Made by a program: the position numbers and the translations under genes. Under the pieces are notes generated by a model, which was not told the DNA's origin, did not search any database, and saw nothing but the letters and a program-made list of their open reading frames with translations. DNA of 64,000 bases from an uncultured Solirubrobacterales bacterium (GTDB taxonomy: Bacteria; Actinomycetota; Thermoleophilia; Solirubrobacterales; Solirubrobacteraceae), in assembly GCA_963714635.1 (NCBI GenBank), contig CAVQPM010000005.1, positions 200,852 through 264,851 of the forward strand, in the 5' to 3' direction. How positions within the stretch are numbered: the first letter of the stretch is position 1; the number at the start of each line of letters is the position of its first letter. Below, one piece after another: positions 1-8,109 of this stretch.

Positions 1-246
1 GCTGCGAGATGGTTGGTGCCGCTCGCGCGATCGAGGAGCTGACCGGGTGAGCGACCCGTCAGCTGCAAAGCGCGGAAGTCGCGCTCTTGCTGCCGAGCAG
101 GCTCGGCTTGCCGCTTCTTTCAGACGATTAACAAGCACCGCCGGGCCCTCGACCTGGCCATCGAGGAGGGCTTCGGCGGTAAGCTCGATCCGGCCGAGTG
201 GAGGCGCGCCTTCGAGTCTGCCGAGCCCCATGACGCCAACCGCACG

Positions 247-579
247 ATGGTCGTCACCGGAGATCACTCGGCGGTGCTCAACGGCTATGTCGAGATCCTC
301 AAGGCAAGTGCTGGATCGCGTCTGATCGGTCTGCTCCCACACCGTCGCCCCCACGCCGAACAGACTTTCGAAGCACTCGTTGCTGATGGCGGACTGACCG
401 AAGATCAAGCGGCGCTGCTTAACGAGATCTATGTCTTGGAGGGCAGGCTCGAGCACGCCTCCCCGGATGTCGACGCGGAGGAGGTCCGCGACGCGGTCGA
501 GCGACTACGTCAAGCGCTGCCGGGGTTGATCGAGAGCGCTTGCGTCTGGCTGCGGAGCCACGGCGTCGAGCTTCAGTGA
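247..579 (+). CDS. hypothetical protein; may be the 3' portion of a longer frameshifted gene
   Basis: ORF-track ORF with protein-like Leu/Ala/Glu composition. The same frame stays protein-like back to about nt 115 but has no ATG/GTG/TTG there. A GTG at 47 sits 4 nt after an upstream stop (40-42) but in another frame. Confidence 0.35.
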   Translation: MVVTGDHSAVLNGYVEILKASAGSRLIGLLPHRRPHAEQTFEALVADGGLTEDQAALLNEIYVLEGRLEHASPDVDAEEVRDAVERLRQALPGLIESACVWLRSHGVELQ

Positions 580-707
580 ATTGCAGCGCGGCGCTGGGCG
601 TGCGCGTACAGCGTCTCGGGCGCGATGTCGGCGCCATTCGGCCAGACGATCGTCCCGGCTTCGGCGTCGGCGCGTACACGAGCGAAGTACGCGCCTGGCG
701 GGGGCAT
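573..707 (-). CDS. 44-codon ORF resembling the C-terminal half of DUF2442-family small proteins (possible remnant)
   Basis: My own translation, below the ORF-track cutoff: [44 protein letters not shown]. The GTIxWPNGxDIxPExLY pattern matches the recalled DUF2442 C-terminal signature. An in-frame TGA at 735-737 caps the ORF. Confidence 0.3.
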   Translation of the reverse strand: MPPPGAYFARVRADAEAGTIVWPNGADIAPETLYAHAQRRAAIH

Positions 708-751
708 TCGTTCGCTAGTGGTTCGAGTCCGTCGTCAAAGCGCGCGAGTGT

Positions 752-1357
752 TCAGTCCGTGACGCCTGCGAGCAGCGCGGCTATGTCGAGATCGTGCACT
801 CCGGCCAGCGGCGAGGGGACGATGCTTCCCTCTCGGTAGATGTCGCAATGCGCGTAGCCGTGCGGGCCGGGTTGCGTGCGGATCTCGACGGCTCTACCAG
901 GCACGTCCACCACCCAGTAGGTGGGGATGCCGGCCCGTGCGTACAGCTTGGCCTTCACGTTGCGGTCGATCATGTGCGAGCTGACGGCGACCTCTATCGC
1001 GAGCAGGGCGGTGGTGGGATGGTGCTTTGGTGAGGGCTCCTGCGCGAACACGGCGAGGTCGGGCTCCGGCTCTGCGTTCGGCGGGACTTCGATCGACGAC
1101 TGCACCTGCATCCACCATCTCGGCGCTGCGGCGAAATGGCGCATCAGCCTGGCCACAACTGCGTTATGTGCCGGCGACAGCGGGCTCATCTCGACGATCA
1201 GCCCTTCCAGCAGCTCGACCCGCTGACCCTCGAGTGCGCCGCAGGCGACCATCCGGTTGTACGTGTCGACGTCGATCCGGTGGACGGGAAGCGTGGTTGC
1301 GGGCTCCACGGCCATTGGCTCATCGTACCGCCCGGCCAGGGGCGGCTTTAGCCGCAA
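752..1357 (-). CDS. Uma2-family (DUF820) PD-(D/E)XK endonuclease-like protein
   Basis: ELLEGLIVEMSPLSPAHN ... EPDLAVF ... LLAIEVAVSS..DRNVKAKLYARAGIPTYWVVD matches the Uma2 family layout. Alternative start ATG at 1315. Confidence 0.8.
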   Translation of the reverse strand: MRLKPPLAGRYDEPMAVEPATTLPVHRIDVDTYNRMVACGALEGQRVELLEGLIVEMSPLSPAHNAVVARLMRHFAAAPRWWMQVQSSIEVPPNAEPEPDLAVFAQEPSPKHHPTTALLAIEVAVSSHMIDRNVKAKLYARAGIPTYWVVDVPGRAVEIRTQPGPHGYAHCDIYREGSIVPSPLAGVHDLDIAALLAGVTD

Positions 1358-1494
1358 TGGTCGCGAACACGCGATTGGTCGGCGGCGATTCCGCTGTCGC
1401 GTACGAGATGAGCCTGACGGGCATCTCCTCCTTATCCGCCCACTCGCACAGCGTGGGACGTCGCCGCTGCGCCGCGAGTGTCAGGGATCAGCGC

Positions 1495-1911
1495 TCAGGC
1501 TTCGAGCAAGAGCGTCACGGGCCCATCGTTGACGAGCTCGACCTCCATGTGGGCGCCGAAGACGCCGCGCTTGGCGCCGGCTCGCTCGCAGAAGCGCTCG
1601 TACAGCGGCTCGGCGTGCTCGGGGCGCGCGGCGGCGAGATAGCTGGGTCGGTTGCCTTTGCTCGTGTCGCCGTAGAGCGTGAACTGACTCACGCACAGGA
1701 CTTCGCGCTCGTCGAGCGGCTCGTTCATGCGTCCCTGCTCGTCACTGAAGATGCGCAGCGCGCGCACCTTTTCGGCGAGGCGGTCCGCCTGCGCCGGGAC
1801 GTCGTCGTGGGTTATGCCGAGCAGTACGAGCAAGCCCGGGCCGATCGATGAGATCTCGGCTCCATCGACGCGCACGCTTGCTCGGCTGACCCTCTGTACG
1901 AGTGCTCTCAT
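1495..1911 (-). CDS. dtd: D-aminoacyl-tRNA deacylase
   Basis: [11 protein letters not shown] ... LLVLLGI ... [16 protein letters not shown], 138 aa. Typical Dtd length and motifs. Confidence 0.93.
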   Translation of the reverse strand: MRALVQRVSRASVRVDGAEISSIGPGLLVLLGITHDDVPAQADRLAEKVRALRIFSDEQGRMNEPLDEREVLCVSQFTLYGDTSKGNRPSYLAAARPEHAEPLYERFCERAGAKRGVFGAHMEVELVNDGPVTLLLEA

Positions 1912-2118
1912 CTCACATCGCGCTCCTGCGCTGTTGTGCAGCCCATGGAGCTGGACGAGCTCTAAGTCGGCCCGTCATCGAATGGTGGTGACCATAGGCG
2001 CACGAGTAGCGCTCGAGTGGAGTGCGGCGACTCCTTTGGGACATCTGACTGCGCGCGTCCGCGCGGACGGGCATACTCACGCCCCTTCTCCAATGCGAAA
2101 GCCCCACAAAGGACGAAC

Positions 2119-2550
2119 ATGACGCGCATCCGCCGCTACTCGACACCGCTTGCCGCCGTGGCCATGACTGCGGCATTGTGCCTCACCTCTGCGTCCGCGG
2201 CCGGAGCGGCGCCTGGAGCGCTCCAGGAGGGACTCGCGTCATGCGCCGCTTCTCAGGCGCTGGGGACCACCTGCGAGTCTGCGTTGGCCGCGACTCACAG
2301 CTCCAAGAAGAGCTCGAAAGCCGGTAAGAAAAGCAAGCACGGCACATCCCACAAGGGCAAGACCAACGGCAAAGGCCACAAGCCCAAGCACAAGACCGCC
2401 GGCAAGAAGGTCAAAGCCAAGCTGCACAACAAGCACCGCACTAAGAAGCGGAGCAAAAAAGAAGGCGAAGAAGAAGAAGAACAGGAAGAAGGCGAAGAAG
2501 GCGAAGAAGGCGAAGCCGAAGCAGGCGAAGAAGCGGCCGCCGGGGAATAG
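2119..2550 (+). CDS. secreted low-complexity protein with a Lys/His-rich basic block followed by a poly-Glu acidic tail
   Basis: ATG at 2119 gives a signal-peptide-like N-terminus (MTRIRRYSTPLAAVAMTAALCLTSASAAGA). A K/H/S-rich stretch follows, then the EGEEEEEQEEGEEGEEGEAEAGEE tail. Confidence 0.5.
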   Translation: MTRIRRYSTPLAAVAMTAALCLTSASAAGAAPGALQEGLASCAASQALGTTCESALAATHSSKKSSKAGKKSKHGTSHKGKTNGKGHKPKHKTAGKKVKAKLHNKHRTKKRSKKEGEEEEEQEEGEEGEEGEAEAGEEAAAGE

Positions 2551-2636
2551 TCCCCACTAAGGGCCTACAACAGCAACCAGCTCGACTCCTCGTTCTGCTC
2601 AGGCTCCTGCTGGGCGCCCCGAGCCGGCTGACGCGC

Positions 2637-3626
2637 TCACACTGCCCTTAGCACCGCCGCCGCGTGCTCGGGCGCGACGATGTTGAGGTTCACTCCGGTG
2701 GACAGCTCGAGTCCCGCCAAATGTGTTAATCGCGGCACGATGTCGATCCTCCAGCAGAAGTGATCGGCCCCGCGCGGGGCTGTTCTCACCCACATGTTCA
2801 GAGGTGGGTTGCAACCGAAGTGTCGCTTGTAGCGGCACAGCCCGTCGTGCAGCAGCCCCGCTCCGAGGGGGCCGTCCTCCTCGAAGCGCATCCGCGGCCG
2901 GCGCGGGGCGAGCATGAGCTGGAAGGGGAAGCGTGAGGCGTATGGCGCGATCAGGACGGCCTCGTCGTCGACGGCCACGACGCGCTCGCCCCTCCGGACC
3001 TCCTCGGCTACGAGGTCCTCGAGCAAGTCGCGGCCCATGGTTCGCGTCGCGTGGGCGCCGTAGCGCTCGCGCTCGCGCGCCACGTCGGCGGGCACGAAGT
3101 CGAGCGCATACAGCTGCGCGTGGGTGTGCTCCAGCGAGGCGCCCCCCTCGCGGCGCTCGTTGACGATCAGCTGCACGTAGGCGCAGTCCTCGCTTTCGCT
3201 GTGGAAGCGCATGCGCTCGCGCCACACCTCCATCGCGTCCGCGACGCGCTCTAGCGGGAGGTCCGCGAGCGACAGCACCGGCTCGGGGGCGTTGACGATC
3301 ACCTCGTGCGCGCCCTTCGCCGCGCGCGCGCTGAACAGGTCGGCCTGGGCGTCGGGCGCCGGCGTCGGGCTGTCGGACGAAAGTGCTGGGTACAGGTTCG
3401 GCACGACCCTCACCGTCCACCCAGGTGTGTTCGGCTCACCACCGTGCGGCCTCACCGCGTACAGCTCGGCAGGCGTGCGGTCCTCGTGCCCCTCGGCAAA
3501 CGGGTCCCTGTCCACGTCGATCGGCTGCGGCGGCTCACAGCGTGGCTCGCCATTCGGGCGCTTGGAGCGCTCGCCGGCGATGATCACCTTGGCGCCGCTG
3601 AGGGCGTCCACCCTGACCTCAGGCAT
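2637..3626 (-). CDS. galT: galactose-1-phosphate uridylyltransferase family protein (HIT superfamily)
   Basis: GalT-like length (329 aa) and the HxHxQ active-site motif (HTHAQLYALDFVP). Overlaps the upstream redoxin gene by 8 nt. Confidence 0.82.
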   Translation of the reverse strand: MPEVRVDALSGAKVIIAGERSKRPNGEPRCEPPQPIDVDRDPFAEGHEDRTPAELYAVRPHGGEPNTPGWTVRVVPNLYPALSSDSPTPAPDAQADLFSARAAKGAHEVIVNAPEPVLSLADLPLERVADAMEVWRERMRFHSESEDCAYVQLIVNERREGGASLEHTHAQLYALDFVPADVARERERYGAHATRTMGRDLLEDLVAEEVRRGERVVAVDDEAVLIAPYASRFPFQLMLAPRRPRMRFEEDGPLGAGLLHDGLCRYKRHFGCNPPLNMWVRTAPRGADHFCWRIDIVPRLTHLAGLELSTGVNLNIVAPEHAAAVLRAV

Positions 3627-4239
3627 TGAGCGCGTACCGCTTGATGTCTTCTTCGAGCTTTTGGAGGCTCGGGTACTGGCCCTGGTGGATGTAGCTCAGC
3701 TTGCCGTCCCTTGCCAAAAAGACGGTCACAGGCGTAAACGACGAGTCGGTGATCCTCTCGCCGAGGACGCCGCTCCTGTCGTACCAGCTGGGGTAGCTGA
3801 CAGGGTGCGCGCGCAAAAAGGCGACGGGGTCCGCGCGGCTGGAGTCGCCCGAATCGAGCCCGATGAACGCGACCCGGCGGCCGAACCGCGCGGAGGCGTG
3901 CGCGAATGCGCCGAACTCCTCACGGCAGGGGACGCACCAGGATGCCCACTTGTTGATCACGACGGGATAGCCCTTCAGGGACGCAAGCCGCATATCGAGC
4001 GTCTTCGCGCCGCCGCCGAGCAGCTCGCCCGTCCGCTCGTGCAGCGCGGCAAGCGCAGGCGGCGAGCCCGCGAGCAACGCCGCGGTCTCGGCACGCGTCA
4101 GACCGGCGGTCGAAGCTGTGGTTGAGCTCGTGGGGCTCCTGCGGCCCGCCAGTTGCGCCAGGCCGACGGCTACCACCACCAGCAGCGCCATGGCTCCGAG
4201 GGTGAGGATAAGGCGGCCGGGGGTCAGGCGGCGCGTCAT
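3619..4239 (-). CDS. membrane-anchored TlpA/ResA-like thioredoxin-fold thiol-disulfide oxidoreductase
   Basis: N-terminal TM helix (LILTLGAMALLVVVAVGLA) and a WCVPC redox motif (INKWASWCVPCREEF). Start trimmed to ATG 4239. Confidence 0.8.
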   Translation of the reverse strand: MTRRLTPGRLILTLGAMALLVVVAVGLAQLAGRRSPTSSTTASTAGLTRAETAALLAGSPPALAALHERTGELLGGGAKTLDMRLASLKGYPVVINKWASWCVPCREEFGAFAHASARFGRRVAFIGLDSGDSSRADPVAFLRAHPVSYPSWYDRSGVLGERITDSSFTPVTVFLARDGKLSYIHQGQYPSLQKLEEDIKRYALNA

Positions 4240-4512
4240 GTCGCGATGAGTGTCGAGGGGAGCATGGATCGTGGGATGCGATGCACGGGCGCGGTTGTGC
4301 GGTGACTTGGGGGCGGCCGATCGCGGACCGGCCGGACGGCTTCGCCTGTGCCGGGCCGGGCACTTCAATCCGCCCGCCATGTGCTATATCCTGAAGGCAC
4401 ACAGTACCGGGGTCCATTACAAGCACCCCGAGCCCTCACCGGCACCACGCCGGTTACACGAGTCGGGCCGAAGCAAGTCTGCGACGGCTACATCTCGAAG
4501 CCCAGAGCCTCT

Positions 4513-7263
4513 ATGGCCGAGTCCACTGCAGTGGCCCTCGCGGCCGCGTCCATTCCGAGTTCCGCCGATATCGCCCGAGCGGAGAAGTTCGTGCGTGAGC
4601 GCTTCCTGCACGAGGGCGAGGACGCTGCGGTCGCGCTCGCCAAGGGCACGCCCCGCAGGCGGGCGCTCGATCAGGCGCTCGCGGAGATAGGGGAGGGCGC
4701 CAAGCACCCATCGACCGCGTGGCGGCGCGACTTCTCGCTGCTGCTCGGGCTCGAGCGGGTGCTATCCGAGGACGAGCCCAAGCTGGCGGATGGGACCGTG
4801 CTCTCGGCCCACCAGGTCGACGCGTTGTCCGGCACGCTCACCGCCCTTCTGGCGGAGGCGCAGAGAGCGGCCGCCAACGGAAACGGGCGCGCCGCCGCGC
4901 TCGCCGCGGCCGACCTGCTCGCCTCGGCGCCCATCCTCGGCCCCGACGGGGACGGCCATCCCGCCGAGCCACCCGACGACGCCGGCGCCGCTGGGATCTT
5001 GGTCGAGGGGGAGCTCGAGGAGGCGGAGCCCGATGCCGAGGAGGACGAGGACTTCGAGGAGGGCGTCGAGGAGGATGAGGATCTCGGCCCCGTGGAGCGA
5101 GCCGCGCCGGAGGAGGACGAGGACGAGGACGAGGAGGACTTCGATGACGTCCTCGAGAGCGAGCCCGAGCCGGAGCCGGAGGAGGAGCTCGAGGAGGAGT
5201 CCGAGGAGGAGCCCCGGGACTGGGTCGAAGAGGACGAGGAGGAGACGCTCGCCGATCAGCCCGAGGACCCAAACGCCGCCAAGCGCTTCTGGTTCGAGCA
5301 CGCCACCGGGGCCGGCAAGACGGTCGCTGCACTCGGATTCGTCGAGGCCTCCCAGACGGGCGGCATCCTGATCCTCACGCACAGGCGCAACCTCGTGGAC
5401 CAGTTCCACGGCGAGCTGCGCGAGCGCGGCTATCAGAAGCGCATCTCGCGCCCGCTCTACGTCGGCGAGGACTCGCCCAGGGGTCCGGTCACCGTCGAGA
5501 CCTATCAGTGGTTCGTGCGCAACGCCGGGCGCATCTCCAGCGCCTACACGATCGTCATCTGCGACGAGGCCCATACCGCGCTCGGCGAGAAGACCAGCGG
5601 CGCGATCAGGGCCTGGACCGGGCCGATCTTCATCGGAATGACCGCCACGGGCGCGCTCATAGCCAGGCACGTCACCGACCTGTTCCCAACGCAGACCTCA
5701 CGCTTCGATCTCGCTCAGGCCGCGCGCCGCGGCGTGATCGCGCCGCTTCGGTGCGTGCGCATCTCCCCCGGCGTGGGCGTGCGCACGATCGCCAACGTGC
5801 CCCTGCGCCGCGGCGAGGTGGACACCGAGTTCGACCAGGACCAGCTCGCCGAGCTGCTCGACCAGCAGCCGTTCAACATGGCCGCCGCCAACCTCTACAA
5901 GACGCGCTTCAACGGCGTTCCCGGCGTGGTGTACGCCGCCGGCGTCCGCCACGCCTACAACCTCGCCGAAGCGTTCCGCGCCGAAGGCATCAAGGCGATG
6001 GGCGTCTCCGGCGAGACCCCCAAGCGCGAGCTCGCCCAGATCCTCGCGCGCTACGAGCGCGGCGACATCGACGTGCTGATCAACGCCCAGCTGCTCGCCG
6101 AGGGCTGGAACAGCCCGCGGGCGACCGTCTGCGTGCACCTCGCCCCCACCGCTTCCAAGCGCATCTACCAGCAGCGGGTAGGACGCGTGACCCGCCGCCA
6201 TCCCGGAAAGGAGGCGGGTCTCGTCGTCGACTTCGTGCATCCCGCCACCAAGAACGACGATCCGGTCGTCACTCTCCACTCTCTGCTCGATCGCGACGTC
6301 TATCGTGGCGGGGCGATCGTCGTCGGTCCCGTGCGCCGCGGACGGGGGCGGCGGATGCGCGTCGAGCGGCGCGTGTTGCCCGTGTGCGCCGAGCAGGAGC
6401 GGCGCATCGAAGTGTTCGAGCGCGAGCTGTGGCGGATCGCCGTCGAGAACCTCGACTACGGCGAGCAGCACGTGTGGGCGGCCCTGGCGGGCGCGCGGGT
6501 CAACCACAACGGCTGGCGCCGAGCGCGCGCGATGCTCCACTTCGATCGCACCGGGGAGCTCAAGAGCCGCTTCTTGATCACGACGGTGCAGCGCAACAAG
6601 AGCTCGCAGCTGCGGCTGAAGGCGCTCGCGGAGATCGCGGCGCTGCGCGATCCCGATGCGTTCGACACAGCGATCGACATTGCCGGCGCGTGGCCGCGCG
6701 AGGAGCGGCGCGAGGCCGCCAAGATCATGCTGAGAGCGCTCGTCGAGCGACGCATCGGCCGCCGCGACCAGGCCAATGCCTGGATATGGCGCCTTGCCGA
6801 GTACACCCGCGATGTGCACGAGGAGTACGCCGTGCAGCGCTGGCCTGAGACCAAGCGTCTGCTGGGCCTGCTCGTCAACTCCGCCGGTGGGGCGCACGCT
6901 CGCAACGCGCGCCGCCTCGTCCACGCCGCGCGCAAGCAGGATCGGCGCCTTGCCGCCGCGTTGCTCGCCGCGGCGCTTGCGCACACGCCCGAGGCGGAGG
7001 AGGTCCTGCGCGGCGCTCGCACGCGCATGGCGCGCAAGCCCCCCGCGCTCGCCCGCGAGCTGCTGCGCAACTTCCCCAAGCGCCGCAACCGCGGTCAGCG
7101 CAAGCGGCGCGGGCCACGGCGCTCCGAGGAGCAGGTGCGCAGCAACGTCGAGGGCGCGGTCGAGCAGGTGATCGTGCAGGCCGACCTCGAGGGAGCGGCC
7201 AGCGTCCCCGAGCGGTCAGACATCAACGGAGCGGCGAGCTCTGACGTCGCCTCAGACGCCTGA
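4513..7263 (+). CDS. superfamily-2 DEAD/DEAH-box helicase with a hyper-acidic insertion and a long Arg-rich helical C-terminal region
   Basis: Walker A HATGAGKT, DEAH-type VICDEAHTA, and motif VI-like QQRVGRVTRR. About 90 aa of nearly pure D/E lies upstream of motif I. Start trimmed to ATG 4513. Confidence 0.85.
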   Translation: MAESTAVALAAASIPSSADIARAEKFVRERFLHEGEDAAVALAKGTPRRRALDQALAEIGEGAKHPSTAWRRDFSLLLGLERVLSEDEPKLADGTVLSAHQVDALSGTLTALLAEAQRAAANGNGRAAALAAADLLASAPILGPDGDGHPAEPPDDAGAAGILVEGELEEAEPDAEEDEDFEEGVEEDEDLGPVERAAPEEDEDEDEEDFDDVLESEPEPEPEEELEEESEEEPRDWVEEDEEETLADQPEDPNAAKRFWFEHATGAGKTVAALGFVEASQTGGILILTHRRNLVDQFHGELRERGYQKRISRPLYVGEDSPRGPVTVETYQWFVRNAGRISSAYTIVICDEAHTALGEKTSGAIRAWTGPIFIGMTATGALIARHVTDLFPTQTSRFDLAQAARRGVIAPLRCVRISPGVGVRTIANVPLRRGEVDTEFDQDQLAELLDQQPFNMAAANLYKTRFNGVPGVVYAAGVRHAYNLAEAFRAEGIKAMGVSGETPKRELAQILARYERGDIDVLINAQLLAEGWNSPRATVCVHLAPTASKRIYQQRVGRVTRRHPGKEAGLVVDFVHPATKNDDPVVTLHSLLDRDVYRGGAIVVGPVRRGRGRRMRVERRVLPVCAEQERRIEVFERELWRIAVENLDYGEQHVWAALAGARVNHNGWRRARAMLHFDRTGELKSRFLITTVQRNKSSQLRLKALAEIAALRDPDAFDTAIDIAGAWPREERREAAKIMLRALVERRIGRRDQANAWIWRLAEYTRDVHEEYAVQRWPETKRLLGLLVNSAGGAHARNARRLVHAARKQDRRLAAALLAAALAHTPEAEEVLRGARTRMARKPPALARELLRNFPKRRNRGQRKRRGPRRSEEQVRSNVEGAVEQVIVQADLEGAASVPERSDINGAASSDVASDA

Positions 7264-7965
7264 GGAGCTCACCCTCAGGTGAACCTCACCGGCGTTGAGC
7301 GCCAAGACGGTCCCATCGGACCGGCGCGCCAGCAAACATCCCCACCTGTCGATCCCTTCGGCTACGCCCTCGCCGCCATCCCAAGAGATGGCGCGGCCCA
7401 GCAGCGCGTCCTTCGCTCGCCAAGCGCCGAGCACCGTCTCGGGCGATTGATCGAGGCGCCGGCTCAGGGCTGCGAGAAACCGGCCCATGATCGGCTCGAT
7501 CTGCTCAGCGCCCAGCTCGAGGCTGGCGGCTCGAGTCCGTAGCTCGGCCGGGAGATCCTCCAGGTGTACCGCTACGTTCAGGCCGATGCCCAGCACGGCC
7601 CATCGCTCCTGAGGGCGGGCCTCGACGAGGATGCCGCCCAGCTTGGCGAGCGTCCGTGCGAGGAGGATGTCGTTCGGCCACTTGATCACGGCGCCATCGA
7701 TCGTGTCGCATACGGCTAGGGCCGCGGCCAGCGATAGGAGCTCGGGCGGGTCCCTCAAGACGAGCGACATGAGCAGCGCGCTTGCGGGTGGGGCGGACCA
7801 CGTGCGGCCGTGGCGCCCCCGCCCGGCGGTCTGCTCGCAAGCGGTCACGAGCGTGCCATGGGGAGCGCCCCCCATTGCCAGCTCGCGCGCGCGATCGTTC
7901 GTGGAGGTGGTCGTGCGCAGATGCAGGCGGGGACGCCCGAGGACCGCAACCGTTGCTTCTGTCAC
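7252..7965 (-). CDS. birA: biotin--[acetyl-CoA-carboxylase] ligase, short class I type (no N-terminal HTH)
   Basis: GRGRHGRTWSAPP and KWPNDILL motifs. At 237 aa there is no room for a DNA-binding domain. Confidence 0.88.
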   Translation of the reverse strand: MTEATVAVLGRPRLHLRTTTSTNDRARELAMGGAPHGTLVTACEQTAGRGRHGRTWSAPPASALLMSLVLRDPPELLSLAAALAVCDTIDGAVIKWPNDILLARTLAKLGGILVEARPQERWAVLGIGLNVAVHLEDLPAELRTRAASLELGAEQIEPIMGRFLAALSRRLDQSPETVLGAWRAKDALLGRAISWDGGEGVAEGIDRWGCLLARRSDGTVLALNAGEVHLRVSSSGV

Positions 7966-8038
7966 GCGGCCTTTCTCTCTGTCGACGACCCTGAGGGGTC
8001 CACGGGTAGGCGACCAGCGACTATATCCATTTTGAGAG

Positions 8039-8079
8039 GACTACTATTATAACTACATATAGTTACTACTATAGTAGTC
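8039..8079. promoter_or_regulatory. nested palindromes built from ACTAC/GTAGT half-sites inside an AT-rich island (about 8025-8109) upstream of birA
   Basis: GACTACTAT (8039-8047) pairs with ATAGTAGTC (8071-8079). Inner AACTA-CATA-TAGTT at 8051-8064. Perfect 14-bp palindrome ACTACTATAGTAGT at 8065-8078. Confidence 0.4.
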
Positions 8080-8109
8080 AAAAAGAAAAACATATACCCC
8101 TGGATGCCT

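Noticed and set aside
47-325. ORF 47-325 (GTG start 4 nt after an upstream stop), considered as a genuine gene.
   Set aside because: From about nt 115 its translation becomes Ser/Pro/Arg-rich noise, while the overlapping frame (247-579 and its upstream extension) looks protein-like. It is kept only as a possible frameshifted 5' end of the 247-579 gene.
718-735. GGTTCGAGTCC, a tRNA T-loop-like word.
   Set aside because: The flanks do not pair into a T-stem (AGTGG versus CCGTC). No acceptor, D or anticodon arms can be drawn.
4990-5275. GAG/GAC-rich run, considered as a possible tandem DNA repeat or satellite.
   Set aside because: There is no fixed repeat unit. It is in-frame codon-level Asp/Glu enrichment within the helicase ORF.
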